Made by a program: the position numbers and the translations under genes
Shown: one piece after another, positions 48,928 to 59,593 of the stretch
How the letters are laid out: every line of letters begins with the position of its first letter
Numbering within the stretch: the first letter of the stretch is position 1
Assembly: GCA_963695095.1 (NCBI GenBank)
Contig: CAVOFT010000001.1
Location: 288,001-352,000 of the forward strand
DNA from: an uncultured bacterium
GTDB taxonomy: Bacteria > Krumholzibacteriota > Krumholzibacteriia > JACNKJ01
DNA: 64,000 bases
Direction of reading: 5' to 3'
Notes under the pieces: model-generated
Databases searched by the model: none
What the model saw: the letters and a program-made list of their open reading frames with translations, nothing else
Told to the model about the DNA's origin: nothing

Positions 48928-50088
48928 GGCCATCAGGCCCTCGGCCTCCCAGGGCACGCCGGCGCTGAGACCGTCGCAGTTGGTGAGCAGGATCAGGCTG
49001 AGTCGCCGCGCGGGCACCTTGATGTAGAGCGCCGACACGCTGGGCGGGAACCAGCCGAAGTGCCAGGCCACCTCGAGGCCATCCACCGTCTCCACGAACC
49101 AACCCAAGGCATAGGGCAGGGGTTTGCCCTCCGCGCCGCGCGCGGGCGTGAACAGCTGCGCGCGGGCCGCCTCGCCGAGGAGGCGGCCATCGTCGAGGGC
49201 CACGTCGAAGCGCGCGAGATCCTCCACCGTGGACACGAGGCCCGCGGCGGTGGTGGCCCCGTAGAGCGGCGTCCAGGCCTCGCCGAGCTGCGTCCGGCGC
49301 GCCGCGGCCGCCGTCGCCGGCAGGCGGTAGACCGGGTCGAGCCGCCAGCGGCTCACGTCGCCCTCGGGCTCGAGGCCGAAGCCGGGGTAGCTCGAGAGCT
49401 GCAGCTCGCCGTCCACGCGCGCGTAGGGCGCCGCGATCGCCGCCGCCACGAATTGCCCCCAGGGCGCGAGCTGGCCGGGCAACGTGCGCGTCATCTTGAG
49501 CGGGGCGAGCAGGCTGTCCCTCAGCACGATGGGGAAGGACTGGCCGGTGACCTCCTCGATCACCCAGGTCAGGTCCGCGAAGATGTTGCCGTTGTACTTG
49601 AAGGCGCTGCCCGGCGGCTCGGCCTCGCTCGTGTGGCTGAGCACCTGGCGCAGGGTGATGGGCCGCTCGGCGTAGCGCTCCGGGTAGTGCGCCCAGTCGC
49701 CGCCGCCCGGCTCGAACCAGGGGTGGATGGCGAAGTCGCGCATCGGCGCGTCGAGCTCGAGTCGGCCGGCTTCGACCAGGCGCAGTAGCAGCACGGCGGC
49801 GAGGGGCTTGCTGAGCGAGGCCAGGCGATAGGGCGTGCGCGGCGTGGCCGGAATCTGCCGCTCGCGATCGGCCCAGCCGAAGCCGCCGGCCCAGGCCTGC
49901 TTGCCGTCCTGCACGACGGCCGCGGCGATCGAAGGCAGGCCGTCGGCCTGCATCTGCTGCTCGAGCGCGAGCGCGAAGGCGATCACCGTCGAGTCCGGAC
50001 GAATGGGGCCCGCTGCTGTCGCGCCGGCGGCGGCGAGCAGGGCGAGGGCGAGTAGAGCGCGCCGGAGCGCGGGGTGCATGGCCGACAT
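48883..50088 (-). CDS. Serine hydrolase, beta-lactamase class C-like family
   Basis: ASLSK (SxxK), LSHTS, FKYNG, WHFG; signal peptide. Confidence 0.88.
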   Translation of the reverse strand: MSAMHPALRRALLALALLAAAGATAAGPIRPDSTVIAFALALEQQMQADGLPSIAAAVVQDGKQAWAGGFGWADRERQIPATPRTPYRLASLSKPLAAVLLLRLVEAGRLELDAPMRDFAIHPWFEPGGGDWAHYPERYAERPITLRQVLSHTSEAEPPGSAFKYNGNIFADLTWVIEEVTGQSFPIVLRDSLLAPLKMTRTLPGQLAPWGQFVAAAIAAPYARVDGELQLSSYPGFGLEPEGDVSRWRLDPVYRLPATAAAARRTQLGEAWTPLYGATTAAGLVSTVEDLARFDVALDDGRLLGEAARAQLFTPARGAEGKPLPYALGWFVETVDGLEVAWHFGWFPPSVSALYIKVPARRLSLILLTNCDGLSAGVPWEAEGLMASVYARLFWERLVAP

Positions 50089-50145
50089 CCTGACCTCCAG
50101 GCCAAGGCAGAGGGCTCGGGTCCAACCCGCGAGCCCGCCGCCGGG

Positions 50146-51277
50146 TTAGCTCTCGAGCTCCGGCTCGCTGCTCGCCGAGCAGTTCTCCGTAGACCTCCAG
50201 CATGCCGCGCGCCGTGCGCTCCCAGGTGAACGCCGCGGCATGCGCGCGCGCGGCCTCGCGCTCGGCGGGGGTGGCCGCGAGCGCCGCGAGCAGCGCCGCC
50301 GCGATGTCCGCCGGCGACTCCGGATCGCAGAGGCGGGCGTGCCCGCCGGCGATCTCGGGCAGGGCGCCGCGATTGCTGGCCGCCACCGGCGTGCCGCAGG
50401 CCATGGCCTCGAGCAGGGGCAGGCCGAAGCCCTCGGCGAAGCTGGGCAGGCAGAGGGCCGCCGCGTGCGTGTAGAGCGTGCGCAGGACGGCGTCCGGCAC
50501 CACGCCCAGGCGGAGCAGGCGGGGACCGAGGGCCCGCCAGGCCGGGTCGGCGAGCAGCTCCGCAGCGCCATGCCCCTCGCCGCCCACCACGGCCAGCCGG
50601 CAGTCGGCGAGTGCGGATTCGGAGAGGAGCGCGCGCAGCAGGCCGAGCAGGTTCTTGCGCCGATCGATGGCCCCCACGAAGAGCAGGTAGGGACGCCCGT
50701 CCGCCAGCCCGTGGCGCGTCAGCACGGTCTCCCGCGCCGCCGGCGCGGGCCCCGTGAAGGCCGGGCTCACCCCTTCGTGCACGACGACGACGCGCTCGGG
50801 CGGGCAATCCACGCGCTCGAGGAAGTCGCGCCGCGTGGCCTCGCTCACGGCGACGATGCGGGCGCAGCTCGCGGGCAGCGCCCGGTAGGCGGCGATCTTG
50901 CGCGCGCGGAAGGCGGCGGGCGACCACTGGTCCGAGAGCAGGGCGAAGATGTCGTGCAGCGTGGCCACGCGGGCCACGCCGCGCCAGGCGGGCACGCGCA
51001 GGTCCGTGCCGTGCACCAGCGCGGGGCGCGGCCCGAGCAGGGGCAGGGGCTCCTGGTACCAGAAGCGCGGCACCCCGACGAGACAGCGCCCGCGCTCCCG
51101 CCAGCGGGAGAGCCGATAGGCGAACTGAAACTGGTATGGCGCCTCCTCGCGTGCGGCGAGCGCCAGCAGGGCCTCCCCCAGCTCCCGCGTGTAGCGGGCC
51201 ACCCCGCTGGGCCGCGGCGTGCAGAGGGCACTCGCTTCGATGGCGACGGGAAGCAGGGCAGGGCGGGTGCGGGGCAT
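50146..51277 (-). CDS. GT4 glycosyltransferase (3' end uncertain, probable frameshift)
   Basis: SGVARY, TLHD, AVSEAT, RKNL, EGFGLPLLEAMACG, FTWERTA; the nearest stop is out of frame at 50146. Confidence 0.88.
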
Positions 51278-51338
51278 GGCGCAGTCTAGTCGTCCCGCGC
51301 GCGAAATCGCAACGCTTCCCGTCTTGACGCTCGCGCGG

Positions 51339-51384
51339 GAGTGTACACGTGTACAAATCTCGCGCGGTATTCGATGCGAGGCGA
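51339..51384. repeat. Palindromic element copy 2
   Basis: GAGTGTACACGTGTACAAA within a longer imperfect hairpin CGCGCGGGAG...AATCTCGCGCG. Confidence 0.85.
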
Positions 51385-51522
51385 CGTAACTCACGCGTTC
51401 GACGCGAGGCTAGCCGCCGTCCAGGTCGCGGTCAGCGGTAGTACCGGCAAGGGCAAGCATCGCGCCGAAGGCCGCGGGAACTGCAGGTCCCGCCCCCATT
51501 GCATGAATCTCACCGCGGCGCG

Positions 51523-51551
51523 TTGACGCAAAGGCATTGCAGGTCCATAAT
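51523..51551 (+). promoter_or_regulatory. Near-consensus sigma-70 promoter of the second S8 gene
   Basis: TTGACG-17 bp-CATAAT. Confidence 0.7.
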
Positions 51552-51707
51552 GGTGGCAGCCTGCCATCCAGGAGCCCGGCGCGCGGCGCGGGGAGTCAGC
51601 AAACTGCTGGCAAATGCAGCACTTAGCCCGAGAACGCGAACGGCGCTCTGATCTTTACCGGGGGAAGGAAAGGAGATAGTAGAAGAACCCCTGCATGGAG
51701 GTGTGTG

Positions 51708-53846
51708 GTGAAACGGGCAATCGCGTTCATGTTTCTTGCTCTCGCCCTGGGTACTACGGTTGCTTCTTCGGCATCAGCAGGCGAGGTCCCCATTGTGTTC
51801 GTCAGGTTCCACGAAGGTACGATTGCCGATCCCGGCCCCGGTAGCATGGACACCGTCTGGGTGCTGGAGGACTTCGACCTGCAATACCAGCAACTCCTCG
51901 GGCGAGCGGAAGCGGCGGGTGTGACCGGCCTTCGGCCGATTGGTATCGCTTGGCGACACTTGGATTTGGAATCGCACCCACGGATGATCGACTTCTCGAC
52001 AGTGTACGCCGCGCAGCTCGGACCGCTCGCCGATCCGCTACATGTTGCCGAGGTTCTCACCTCCTTTGAGGAGGTAGTGTACGCGGAGGTGCCTGGCCAA
52101 GGCACGCTCTTTGACGACAGGTACACCAGTGACCAATGGTGGATGGAGAACACCGGGCAGACGACAGAGAACTGCCCCCCACTGGGCGTCTACTACTGCA
52201 CCGATGGCCTAGACCCGAACATCCCTGACGCGTGGGCGATCGCCGACTCGAGTGACGCACTAGTTGGTATTCTCGATTCGGGAGTCTACACGGGCGGAGA
52301 TGGCACTCCCGATAATGGGGATCTCTCAGGCACCTACAATAGCCTCGTGTCCCGTGATTTCACGGGCTACGGGATGGACGACAACAACAGCATCCACCAC
52401 GGTACGAAAGTCGCCGGGATTGTCGCGGGGAGTGGGGAAAACTTCACGGACTATCAGGGGGTGGTTGGCTTCACATCTCCGAGCGGCTGGGATCCCTTGG
52501 TGATGTACAGGATTGGGACGATGTCCGATATCTCTGAGGAATACGCGATCGATGCGCTTGACTTCGTCTGCAACGCCGATTCCGTGGCCTACGGCAAGGT
52601 GAGAGTGCTGACGTGCTCTTGGGGCATCGAGGACCCGAGCACCACGTTTTCGGAAGCATTGTCGAACGCCTATGAGGCAGGCCTGGTGATTATGGCCGCG
52701 TCCGGCAATGAGCCTGGCATGGTGAATTGGCCCTACCCCGCAGCGAACATCGACTTCACTCAAGCCGTTGCTCATGTTCTCTGCGACTCAACCCGACTCA
52801 ACTACTATCAAGGGAACTTCATTGATGTTACCGCTCCCGGGGGGGGCCACATCGAAACGACGGAGTATGACAGCGGCACCGACAGGTGCTTCGGAGGTAC
52901 TTCGGCGGCCTCGCCGATTGCGGCTGGAGTGGCCTCGCTGATTCTCGCGCGCTGCCCGGATCTCACAAACGACGATGTCTATGCGATCATGCGATCCACA
53001 GCACAGGACATTGGGGCAAGTGGGTACGATGTTCTCTACGGATCGGGGCTTGTTCGGGCTGACGACGCCCTCACCTTACTTGACGCAGCGGATTGCGATG
53101 TTCACGTGTCGTCGGTCTCGAAAGGCAGCGTAACGTACGTGGACTCCACGACAATAGTGCTCTCCAACATCCCAGGCATGCAAGGCCTGGGGAGGACAAG
53201 TTGGGCAAAGGTCTACAAGGTGGATGGGACGGCCACGATCACGCCCGGCCAGGACAAGGAAGTAGCCGCGTTTTGGACGCGGAATCGGTCCTGTGAGACT
53301 GTTCGCGGCCCGGCGGACTTGTACCGCCTGGATTACGATGAGTACTGGCCGCTGTATCCCTACTTCGACGGAGCCCGGCTGGGCACATGGGCCACCATCG
53401 AGCATAGCTCTGGGACATCGTATACGGTCTACGGGTTTGTGTACCACGTCTACGACGACAGCAGCCAGGGGACGGACTTTGGCTGGTACCCGTTCAATCC
53501 GAATCTCCCAAGCCAGAGTCCTCCGTTTTCCGTGGCCTACCTGGAGGTGGACGCTGCGAAGCGCCCGCCGGCAAAGGATTCCGACCTAGGCGGAGCGCCT
53601 CATGTGCACATGACGAGCTCGATCCTTACGCTCAGCCTTGCCAAGCCTTCGACGGTCGAGATCTCGGTGTACGATGTGGCGGGCCGTTTGGCAGCGGATC
53701 TCGGGAGAGTGCGCCTCAGCGCTGGCCAGCACAGACTAAACATCGCAGCGCAGCTTAGCGACAGGTCCGTCAGCTCTGGTGTGTACTTTGCGCGAGTAGC
53801 TATAGCCGACGCCATCTACAGCGGCAAGATTGTGGTTCTGCGGTGA
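51708..53846 (+). CDS. S8 subtilisin-like serine protease with T9SS/FlgD-like CTD
   Basis: VGILDSG, HGTKVAG, ASGN, GTSAASP; C-terminal VYDVAGR...SSGVYFAR. Confidence 0.92.
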   Translation: MKRAIAFMFLALALGTTVASSASAGEVPIVFVRFHEGTIADPGPGSMDTVWVLEDFDLQYQQLLGRAEAAGVTGLRPIGIAWRHLDLESHPRMIDFSTVYAAQLGPLADPLHVAEVLTSFEEVVYAEVPGQGTLFDDRYTSDQWWMENTGQTTENCPPLGVYYCTDGLDPNIPDAWAIADSSDALVGILDSGVYTGGDGTPDNGDLSGTYNSLVSRDFTGYGMDDNNSIHHGTKVAGIVAGSGENFTDYQGVVGFTSPSGWDPLVMYRIGTMSDISEEYAIDALDFVCNADSVAYGKVRVLTCSWGIEDPSTTFSEALSNAYEAGLVIMAASGNEPGMVNWPYPAANIDFTQAVAHVLCDSTRLNYYQGNFIDVTAPGGGHIETTEYDSGTDRCFGGTSAASPIAAGVASLILARCPDLTNDDVYAIMRSTAQDIGASGYDVLYGSGLVRADDALTLLDAADCDVHVSSVSKGSVTYVDSTTIVLSNIPGMQGLGRTSWAKVYKVDGTATITPGQDKEVAAFWTRNRSCETVRGPADLYRLDYDEYWPLYPYFDGARLGTWATIEHSSGTSYTVYGFVYHVYDDSSQGTDFGWYPFNPNLPSQSPPFSVAYLEVDAAKRPPAKDSDLGGAPHVHMTSSILTLSLAKPSTVEISVYDVAGRLAADLGRVRLSAGQHRLNIAAQLSDRSVSSGVYFARVAIADAIYSGKIVVLR

Positions 53847-54035
53847 GATCGGGAGGCATAGCCCGACTGGCGACTGAGTTCGCGACCGTGGAGGCTGGAT
53901 TGCCGGTAGCAGCCCGGGAACCGCGCCCGGGCTGCTTCCCATCACGCGCCAGTTGGGATGACCTACAGCAGGCAAGCTCAACCAGCGACCCTTCAACGGA
54001 TGCCAAGGAAGGCGGTCATTGCAGAGGAGCGATAC

Positions 54036-55403
54036 ATGAGAAGGAGAAGTCTAGCCGCGTTCGTGACGGCCTGGCTCATCACCCCAATCTCGGTTTCAAT
54101 TGTCTGCCACGCTACTGAATGGGAGCACTTAGGATCTATACCCTACGGCGCGGCCGTGAAGTCTCTTGTGGTGGACCCCGCGCATCGACGGGTTCTGTTA
54201 GGGACTGCCCTAGGGTACAGAGTCCTCGAGATTGATAGCGGCACATGGATCGAGCGCCAGACCTCAGATACCATGGGCAACTACAAAGTCTTTTGCTTCT
54301 TGCCTTCCGATGACGACTCGTTAGCTCTGCTTACGGGGCGCGAAGATTCAGGCTGGTACGGGTACATCATGGATAACAGCGGCCTGACGACGCTCGGGCC
54401 AATCGTACTGGCGGGATGGGACCCGCCTGGGGGATGGAGCCCGATCGGGGCCATCTACGGACTCGGCCGTCTGCCAGGAGTATCGGCTACGCTCTTCGCC
54501 TGCTCGGCGCTGTTTTCGGCGGGTATGGTGCTTCGATCTGCCGATGGCGGGGTGACATGGGATTTAGTTCACGGGCTTATCAACGCAAGCGGAAAGGACT
54601 TGGATGTTACCCCAGATGGCGAGGTTCTCGTCGGCTATGGCGCGGTAGGCGCTCCGTATGCCAATCATGGGATCGTACGGAGCGTGGATGGCGGAGATAC
54701 CTGGGAGGAGATCGCAGGTGACATGCCTTGTGCTGCGTACATTGGGGACGTCGAGATCGATCACGCCGACCCTCAGCACATCTATGCCCGGCAGGGCGGC
54801 ATCTGGGAGCCCGAGGATCCGGCGCTCGGCGTCTACGAAACACTGGATGGGGGACAGCACTGGACCCAGATCCTCCAGGCGAACTGCATGGATCTGAGCA
54901 TGCATCCTTACGATGCTCGGATACTCGTCGAGATCGAGAACGGAACGGTTCGGCTCACGAGAGACTCTGGAGAATCCTGGGAAGACATTAAGGGAAACCT
55001 ACCCGCAGTCGGCGGCGCGAGTCGCTGCGCGATCTCTTCGACGGACGAGCGCATCTACATCGCAGGATCCACTGGGGTGTGGGCGATGAGTTTGTACCCG
55101 ACGGCTGTGGACATGATGCCCGCCATTGGTAGCGGTCCGATTGCATACCCGAATCCCTTCAACCCAAAGACCATCCTAGCATTCTCGCTGAGCCGTTCGG
55201 CTAGCGCGACCATGGAGATCCTCGATGTACAGGGTCGCCTCGTGCGCAGGCTGCTCGAGGGGGGCGTTAGGCCCGTCGGGGCGCAGTCCGTGTCCTGGGA
55301 CGGCAAGGATGATTCGGGGCAGATGGCTTCCAGCGGCTTGTACTTGGCCCGGCTGAGAGCGGGAAGTGAGAGCTCGACCAGCAAGCTGCTGTTCCTGAAG
55401 TGA
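54036..55403 (+). CDS. Secreted BNR/Asp-box beta-propeller protein with FlgD-Ig CTD
   Basis: RSADGGVTW, RSVDGGDTW, TLDGGQHW; AYPNPFNP...WDGKDDSG...SSGLYLARL. Confidence 0.87.
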   Translation: MRRRSLAAFVTAWLITPISVSIVCHATEWEHLGSIPYGAAVKSLVVDPAHRRVLLGTALGYRVLEIDSGTWIERQTSDTMGNYKVFCFLPSDDDSLALLTGREDSGWYGYIMDNSGLTTLGPIVLAGWDPPGGWSPIGAIYGLGRLPGVSATLFACSALFSAGMVLRSADGGVTWDLVHGLINASGKDLDVTPDGEVLVGYGAVGAPYANHGIVRSVDGGDTWEEIAGDMPCAAYIGDVEIDHADPQHIYARQGGIWEPEDPALGVYETLDGGQHWTQILQANCMDLSMHPYDARILVEIENGTVRLTRDSGESWEDIKGNLPAVGGASRCAISSTDERIYIAGSTGVWAMSLYPTAVDMMPAIGSGPIAYPNPFNPKTILAFSLSRSASATMEILDVQGRLVRRLLEGGVRPVGAQSVSWDGKDDSGQMASSGLYLARLRAGSESSTSKLLFLK

Positions 55404-55436
55404 ACCCAAGCTGACGGCAGCCTGAAGCCGCCTCCC

Positions 55437-55465
55437 AAGCCCGGACCGACTGACGGACCGGGCTT
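55437..55465 (+). terminator. Hairpin after the cassette operon
   Basis: AAGCCCGG...CCGGGCTT; weak U tract. Confidence 0.45.
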
Positions 55466-55549
55466 CTGCATTGTGAGGAGCGCAGCCGGCATGCGCCAGC
55501 GTGACGGATCTTCCCCATGCAAAGGACTTCAGGCAGGGCGCTTCCCGCC

Positions 55550-55590
55550 TTGACGCCCGCGCGCCGCGGCGCTTGAATGGTCTGTTCAAG
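55550..55590 (+). promoter_or_regulatory. Promoter of the xanthine-dehydrogenase-like operon with an overlapping inverted repeat
   Basis: TTGACG-17 bp-TTGAAT; CTTGAA-N7-TTCAAG lies over the -10. Confidence 0.5.
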
Positions 55591-55600
55591 GGGGGTGGGC

Positions 55601-56425
55601 ATGAGCTGGATCAAGGACTACCGCCTGGTGGCCGACCTCGACGAGGCCGTGGAGCTGCTCGCCCGCGCGGACGAGGGCTGGGCGGTGCTGGGCGGCGGCA
55701 GCCGGCTCGTAGCGCAGCGTCCGGCCACCGTCGAGCGCCTGGTGGACCTGCTGCCCCTCGGCCTGGACCGCATCGAATCGCTCGCCGAGGGCGGCCTGCG
55801 CCTGGGCGCCCGCGTCCGCCTGCAGACCCTGGTCGATCGCGCGGACTGCGACGGCCTGCTGCGCCACGCCTCTCTCTCCCTCGGCCACTCCGTGAACCTG
55901 CGCAACCAGATGACCCTGGCCGGCGAGACCGCCTGGCCGCTGGTCCTCAGCGAACTGCAGACGGCCTTGCTCGCTCTCGACGCGCGCATCCTGCGCCACG
56001 GCCTGCCGGCGGCGCCTGCGCTCGACTACTTCGCCGGCGCCGAGCGCGAGGGCGTGATCACGGCCATCGAGCTGCCGGGGGCCGCGGACTGGCGCTTCGG
56101 CTTTCACGCCGTGCGGGCGGCGACGGCGGCGCGGCCCCAGCTCGTGCTGGCCGCCGGCGCGCGCCTCGCGGGCGGGGCCATCGCCGAGTGCCGCCTGGCC
56201 TACGGCCGCCTGGGCGAGCGCCCGCAGCGGGCTCGCGGACTGGAGGCGCGCCTGATCGGGGCGCCGCCCCTGCCGCTCGGCCTGGGCCTGCTCTCCGGAA
56301 TGGATCGCGAGGGCCTCGCTCTCTACAGCGAGCCCGGCCTCGCCGATGAGGCCAAGTGGACCTGGGCCGCGGCCCTCGCCGACGAGTTCCTCGCCGCGCT
56401 GGGCGCGGCGGGACCCGGCGCATGA
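55601..56425 (+). CDS. ygfM: Molybdopterin dehydrogenase FAD-binding subunit (YgfM-like)
   Basis: VLGGGSRL, LRLGARVRLQ, SVNLRNQMTLAGE, ALLALDA. Confidence 0.7.
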   Translation: MSWIKDYRLVADLDEAVELLARADEGWAVLGGGSRLVAQRPATVERLVDLLPLGLDRIESLAEGGLRLGARVRLQTLVDRADCDGLLRHASLSLGHSVNLRNQMTLAGETAWPLVLSELQTALLALDARILRHGLPAAPALDYFAGAEREGVITAIELPGAADWRFGFHAVRAATAARPQLVLAAGARLAGGAIAECRLAYGRLGERPQRARGLEARLIGAPPLPLGLGLLSGMDREGLALYSEPGLADEAKWTWAAALADEFLAALGAAGPGA

Positions 56426-59333
56426 GCGCGGAGTCGAGCATGAGCCCGGCGGCCGAGCGCGAGCTGGCCTTCACGCTCAACGGCCGCGCCCTGAAGCTGC
56501 GCCGTCGCGCCGGGCGCCACCCTGCTCGAGCTACTGCGCGAGCAGGGCTGCGCCTCCGTGAAGTTCTCCGATGAGCGGGGCGAGGGCGGCGCCGACACCG
56601 TGCTCGTCGACGGCGCGCCCATGAGCGCCGCCACGCTGCTCGCCCTCCAGGTCGCCGGCCGCCATGTGGAAACCCTCGAGGGCCTGCGCGATGACCCCTG
56701 GCTGGCGGCCCTCGCCGAGCGCTTCCTCGCCGAAGGCGCCGTGCAGTGCGGCTACTGCACGCCGGCCTTCCTACTCCAGCTCGAGGCCCTGCGGCGCCGC
56801 AACCCGGCGCCGGACGAAGCGGCGATTCGCGAGGCGCTCACGCCGGTCTTCTGCCGCTGCACGGGCATGGTCAAGCCCCTGCGCGCGGCGATGGTCGCCT
56901 TCGGGCTCGCCGCGCCTCGCGAAGCCGAAGGCGGCGCGCGCGCCGCGGTGCTGAGCGATGAAGCGCCCCTGCGCGTGCTGGGCCGCGACGCCCGGCGCGT
57001 GGACGGCCGCGCGCTGGTGCGCGGCGAAGGCGTCTTCGCCGGCGACCTCATGCCCCCGGGGGCGCTCACGCTCAAGATCCTCGCCAGCCCGCACGCCCAC
57101 GCCCGCCTGCGCGGCAATCGACATCAGCGCTGCGCTGTGGCATTCCAGGTGTAGTCGACATCGCCACCTGGCGCGAGCTGCCGCGCATCGCCTACACCAC
57201 GGCCGGCCAGGGCTTTCCCGAGCCCAGCCCCTACGACTGCTACTTGCTCGACGACAAGGTCCGCCACGTGGGGGACAAGGTGGCGCTGGTGGTGGCCGAG
57301 AGCGCGGCCGCCGCCGAGGCCGCCTGCGCGGCGGTGAGCGTCGACTACGAAGTGCTTCCCCACATTCTCGACGAGCGCGACGCGCAGAAGGACGGGCGCG
57401 CCCGTCATCCACGACGAGCCGCGCCCGGACGATCCCCAGGCCGACCTCCTCTTCTGGCCCGCCGAGCCCGCCCGCAACGTGGCCGCGCGCACCGAGGTGG
57501 AACTCGGCGATCTCGAGGCGGGCTTCGCTGCCGCGACGCAGGTGGTGGAGCACGAGTACCGCACGCACCAGGTGCAGCAGTGCTCGCTGGAGCCCCACGT
57601 CTGCTCGAGCTGGCTGGGATCCGGACGGGCGCCTCACGATTCGCACCAGCACGCAGGTACCCTTCCATGTACGGCGTGTCATTGCTCGTCTTCTTGGTCT
57701 CCCCGTGAGCCAAGTCCGCGTGATCAAGACCCGCGTGGGCGGCGGCTTCGGCGGCAAGCAGGAAATCCTCGGCGAGGAGCTGGTGGCCCTGATGACGCAG
57801 CGCACGGGCCGCCCCGTGCGCCTGGAGCTCACGCGCGCCGAGGAGCTGCGCTTCGCGCGCAGCCGCCACCCGGCGCGCATCCGCTACAGGGCCGGCTTCG
57901 ACGCCGCCCGCAAGCTCACGGCCATGGAAATGGACATCCTCGAGAACACCGGCGCCAACGGCGCCCACGCGCTCACGGTGATGAGCGTCTGCGCGAACAA
58001 GGGCCTCAGCCTCTACCCGGCGCCCGCCGTGCGGCACCGGGGCACGGCCGTCTACACGAACCGGCCGCCGGCCGGCGCCTTCCGCGGCTACGGCTCGCCG
58101 CAGGCCTTCTTCGCCCTGGAGTCCTTCATGGACGAGGCCGCCCGCGCCCTCGGCGCCGACCCCTTGCAGCTGCGCCTGGACAACCTGCTGCGCCTGGGCG
58201 AGCCCATGGAGATCGCCGCCAAGCTCGGCGAGGGCCGCGAGGGCACGCTCTCGCGCCTGACCAGCGGCGCCGCGGCGGCCTGTCTCGCCGCGGGCGCCGA
58301 GGCCATCGGCTGGACGACGGCCCCGCGCGGCTGCCCGCCGCCCGGCGCGCCGGCGGGTTCGCCGCTGCGCCGCGGGCTGGGCTTCGCGCTCGTCATGCAG
58401 GGCTCGGGGATTCCCGGCATCGACATGGCCGGCGCCTTCCTCAAGATGAACGAGGACGGCGGCTTCAACCTGCTGGTGGGCGCGGCCGACATCGGCACCG
58501 GCAGCGACACCGTGCTCGCCCAGATCGCCGCCGAGGTGCTGGGCGTGACGCCGGCGGCGATCATCGTCAGCTCGGGCGACACGGACCACACGCCCTTCGA
58601 CCCCGGCGCCTACGCCAGCAGCACCACCTACATCAGCGGCGGCGCGGTGAAGAAGGCCGCCGAGACGCTGCGCGCGCGCATCCTCGACTACGCGGCGCTG
58701 CTGCTCGGCGCCGAGGCGTCCAGCCTGCGCCTGGCCGCTGCGAGCGAGGGCGGCGAGCCCGCCGTGCTCGCGCCCGACGGCCGCCGCCTCGGCTTCAGTG
58801 AGATCGGCACGAAGAGCCTCTACACCGATCACCAGCGCCAGCTGATGGCCACGGCCAGCCACCTCTCGCCCGATTCGCCGCCGCCCTTCGCCGCCCAGTT
58901 CGCCGAGATCGAGGTGAACCTGGCCACGGGGGCGATCCGCGCCCTGCGCTTCGTCACCGCGGTGGACGCCGGCCGGGTGCTCAACCCGGCCATGGCCGAG
59001 GGCCAGGTGGAGGGCGCGGTGGCGCAGGGCCTCGGCATGGCCCTCGTCGAGGCCATGCACTTCGACGCCGCGGGCCGCCCTCTCGCCACGAGCTTTCGCG
59101 AGCACGGCTTCCTCGCGCCGGCCGACCTGCCCGTGCAGCAGGTCATCTTCGTCGAGGACCACGAGCCCACGGGGCCCTTCGGCGCCAAGGCCATCGCCGA
59201 GATCTGCATCAACGGCCCCGCGCCCGCGGTGGCCAACGCCCTGGCGGACGCCGCGGGCATCCGCCTGCGCGAAACCCCGCTCAGCCCCGATCGGGTACTG
59301 GCCGCCCTGCGCCTGGGGCAACCCCGCCGCTGA
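56422..59333 (+). CDS. xdhD: Fused Fe-S/molybdopterin xanthine-dehydrogenase-family subunit (XdhD-like); several frameshifts (~56500, 57115-57170, 57400, 57617)
   Basis: GAVQCGYCTP, FCRCTG; first Fe-S motif degenerate (SVKFSDERGEGGADTV) as in XdhD; SPHAHA, VGGGFGGK, AFRGYG, YASSTT, GPFGAKAIAE. Confidence 0.8.
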
Positions 59334-59593
59334 AGCCGAAAACTGGCCCAGCCTCTGCTTATCCCCCTCCGGCAGGTCTGCCCGCCGGCCCGGGGCCGGT
59401 GGGGCCGATCCCGTAAACGACGACTATGTAAGTAAATACGCGATCCATCCGGGTAGCGGCAGCTGCCGCGAGGGCCCGGGCGACCGGCTCGGCAGGCCGC
59501 AGGTGGCAAGACTTGCAGCACCTGCGCACGACCGGCGGCGATCGTGAATTCAGGATGGGGCCGCCCCTGGGCGGCCAGCCGAAGGAGCCCTGC

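Larger units (their letters stand above)
51313..55563. mobile_element. Inserted cassette (S8 protease + BNR protein) bounded by a 25-bp imperfect direct repeat; no recombinase inside
   Basis: CGCTTCCCGTCTTGACGCTCGCGCG (51313-51337) vs CGCTTCCCGCCTTGACGCCCGCGCG (55539-55563), 23/25; the interior has many A/T-ending codons. Confidence 0.55.

Noticed and set aside
48779..51394. 871-aa glycosyltransferase fusion
   Set aside because: After the GT4 domain it is Arg/Pro-rich off-frame read-through over the serine hydrolase gene.
56422..57620. Programmed frameshifting or selenocysteine in the xdhD-like gene
   Set aside because: No slippery heptamer or in-frame TGA noticed; the indels resemble those elsewhere in the window.
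59504..59519. Sigma-54 promoter before the hybrid sensor
   Set aside because: GG to GC spacing is not 10 nt.
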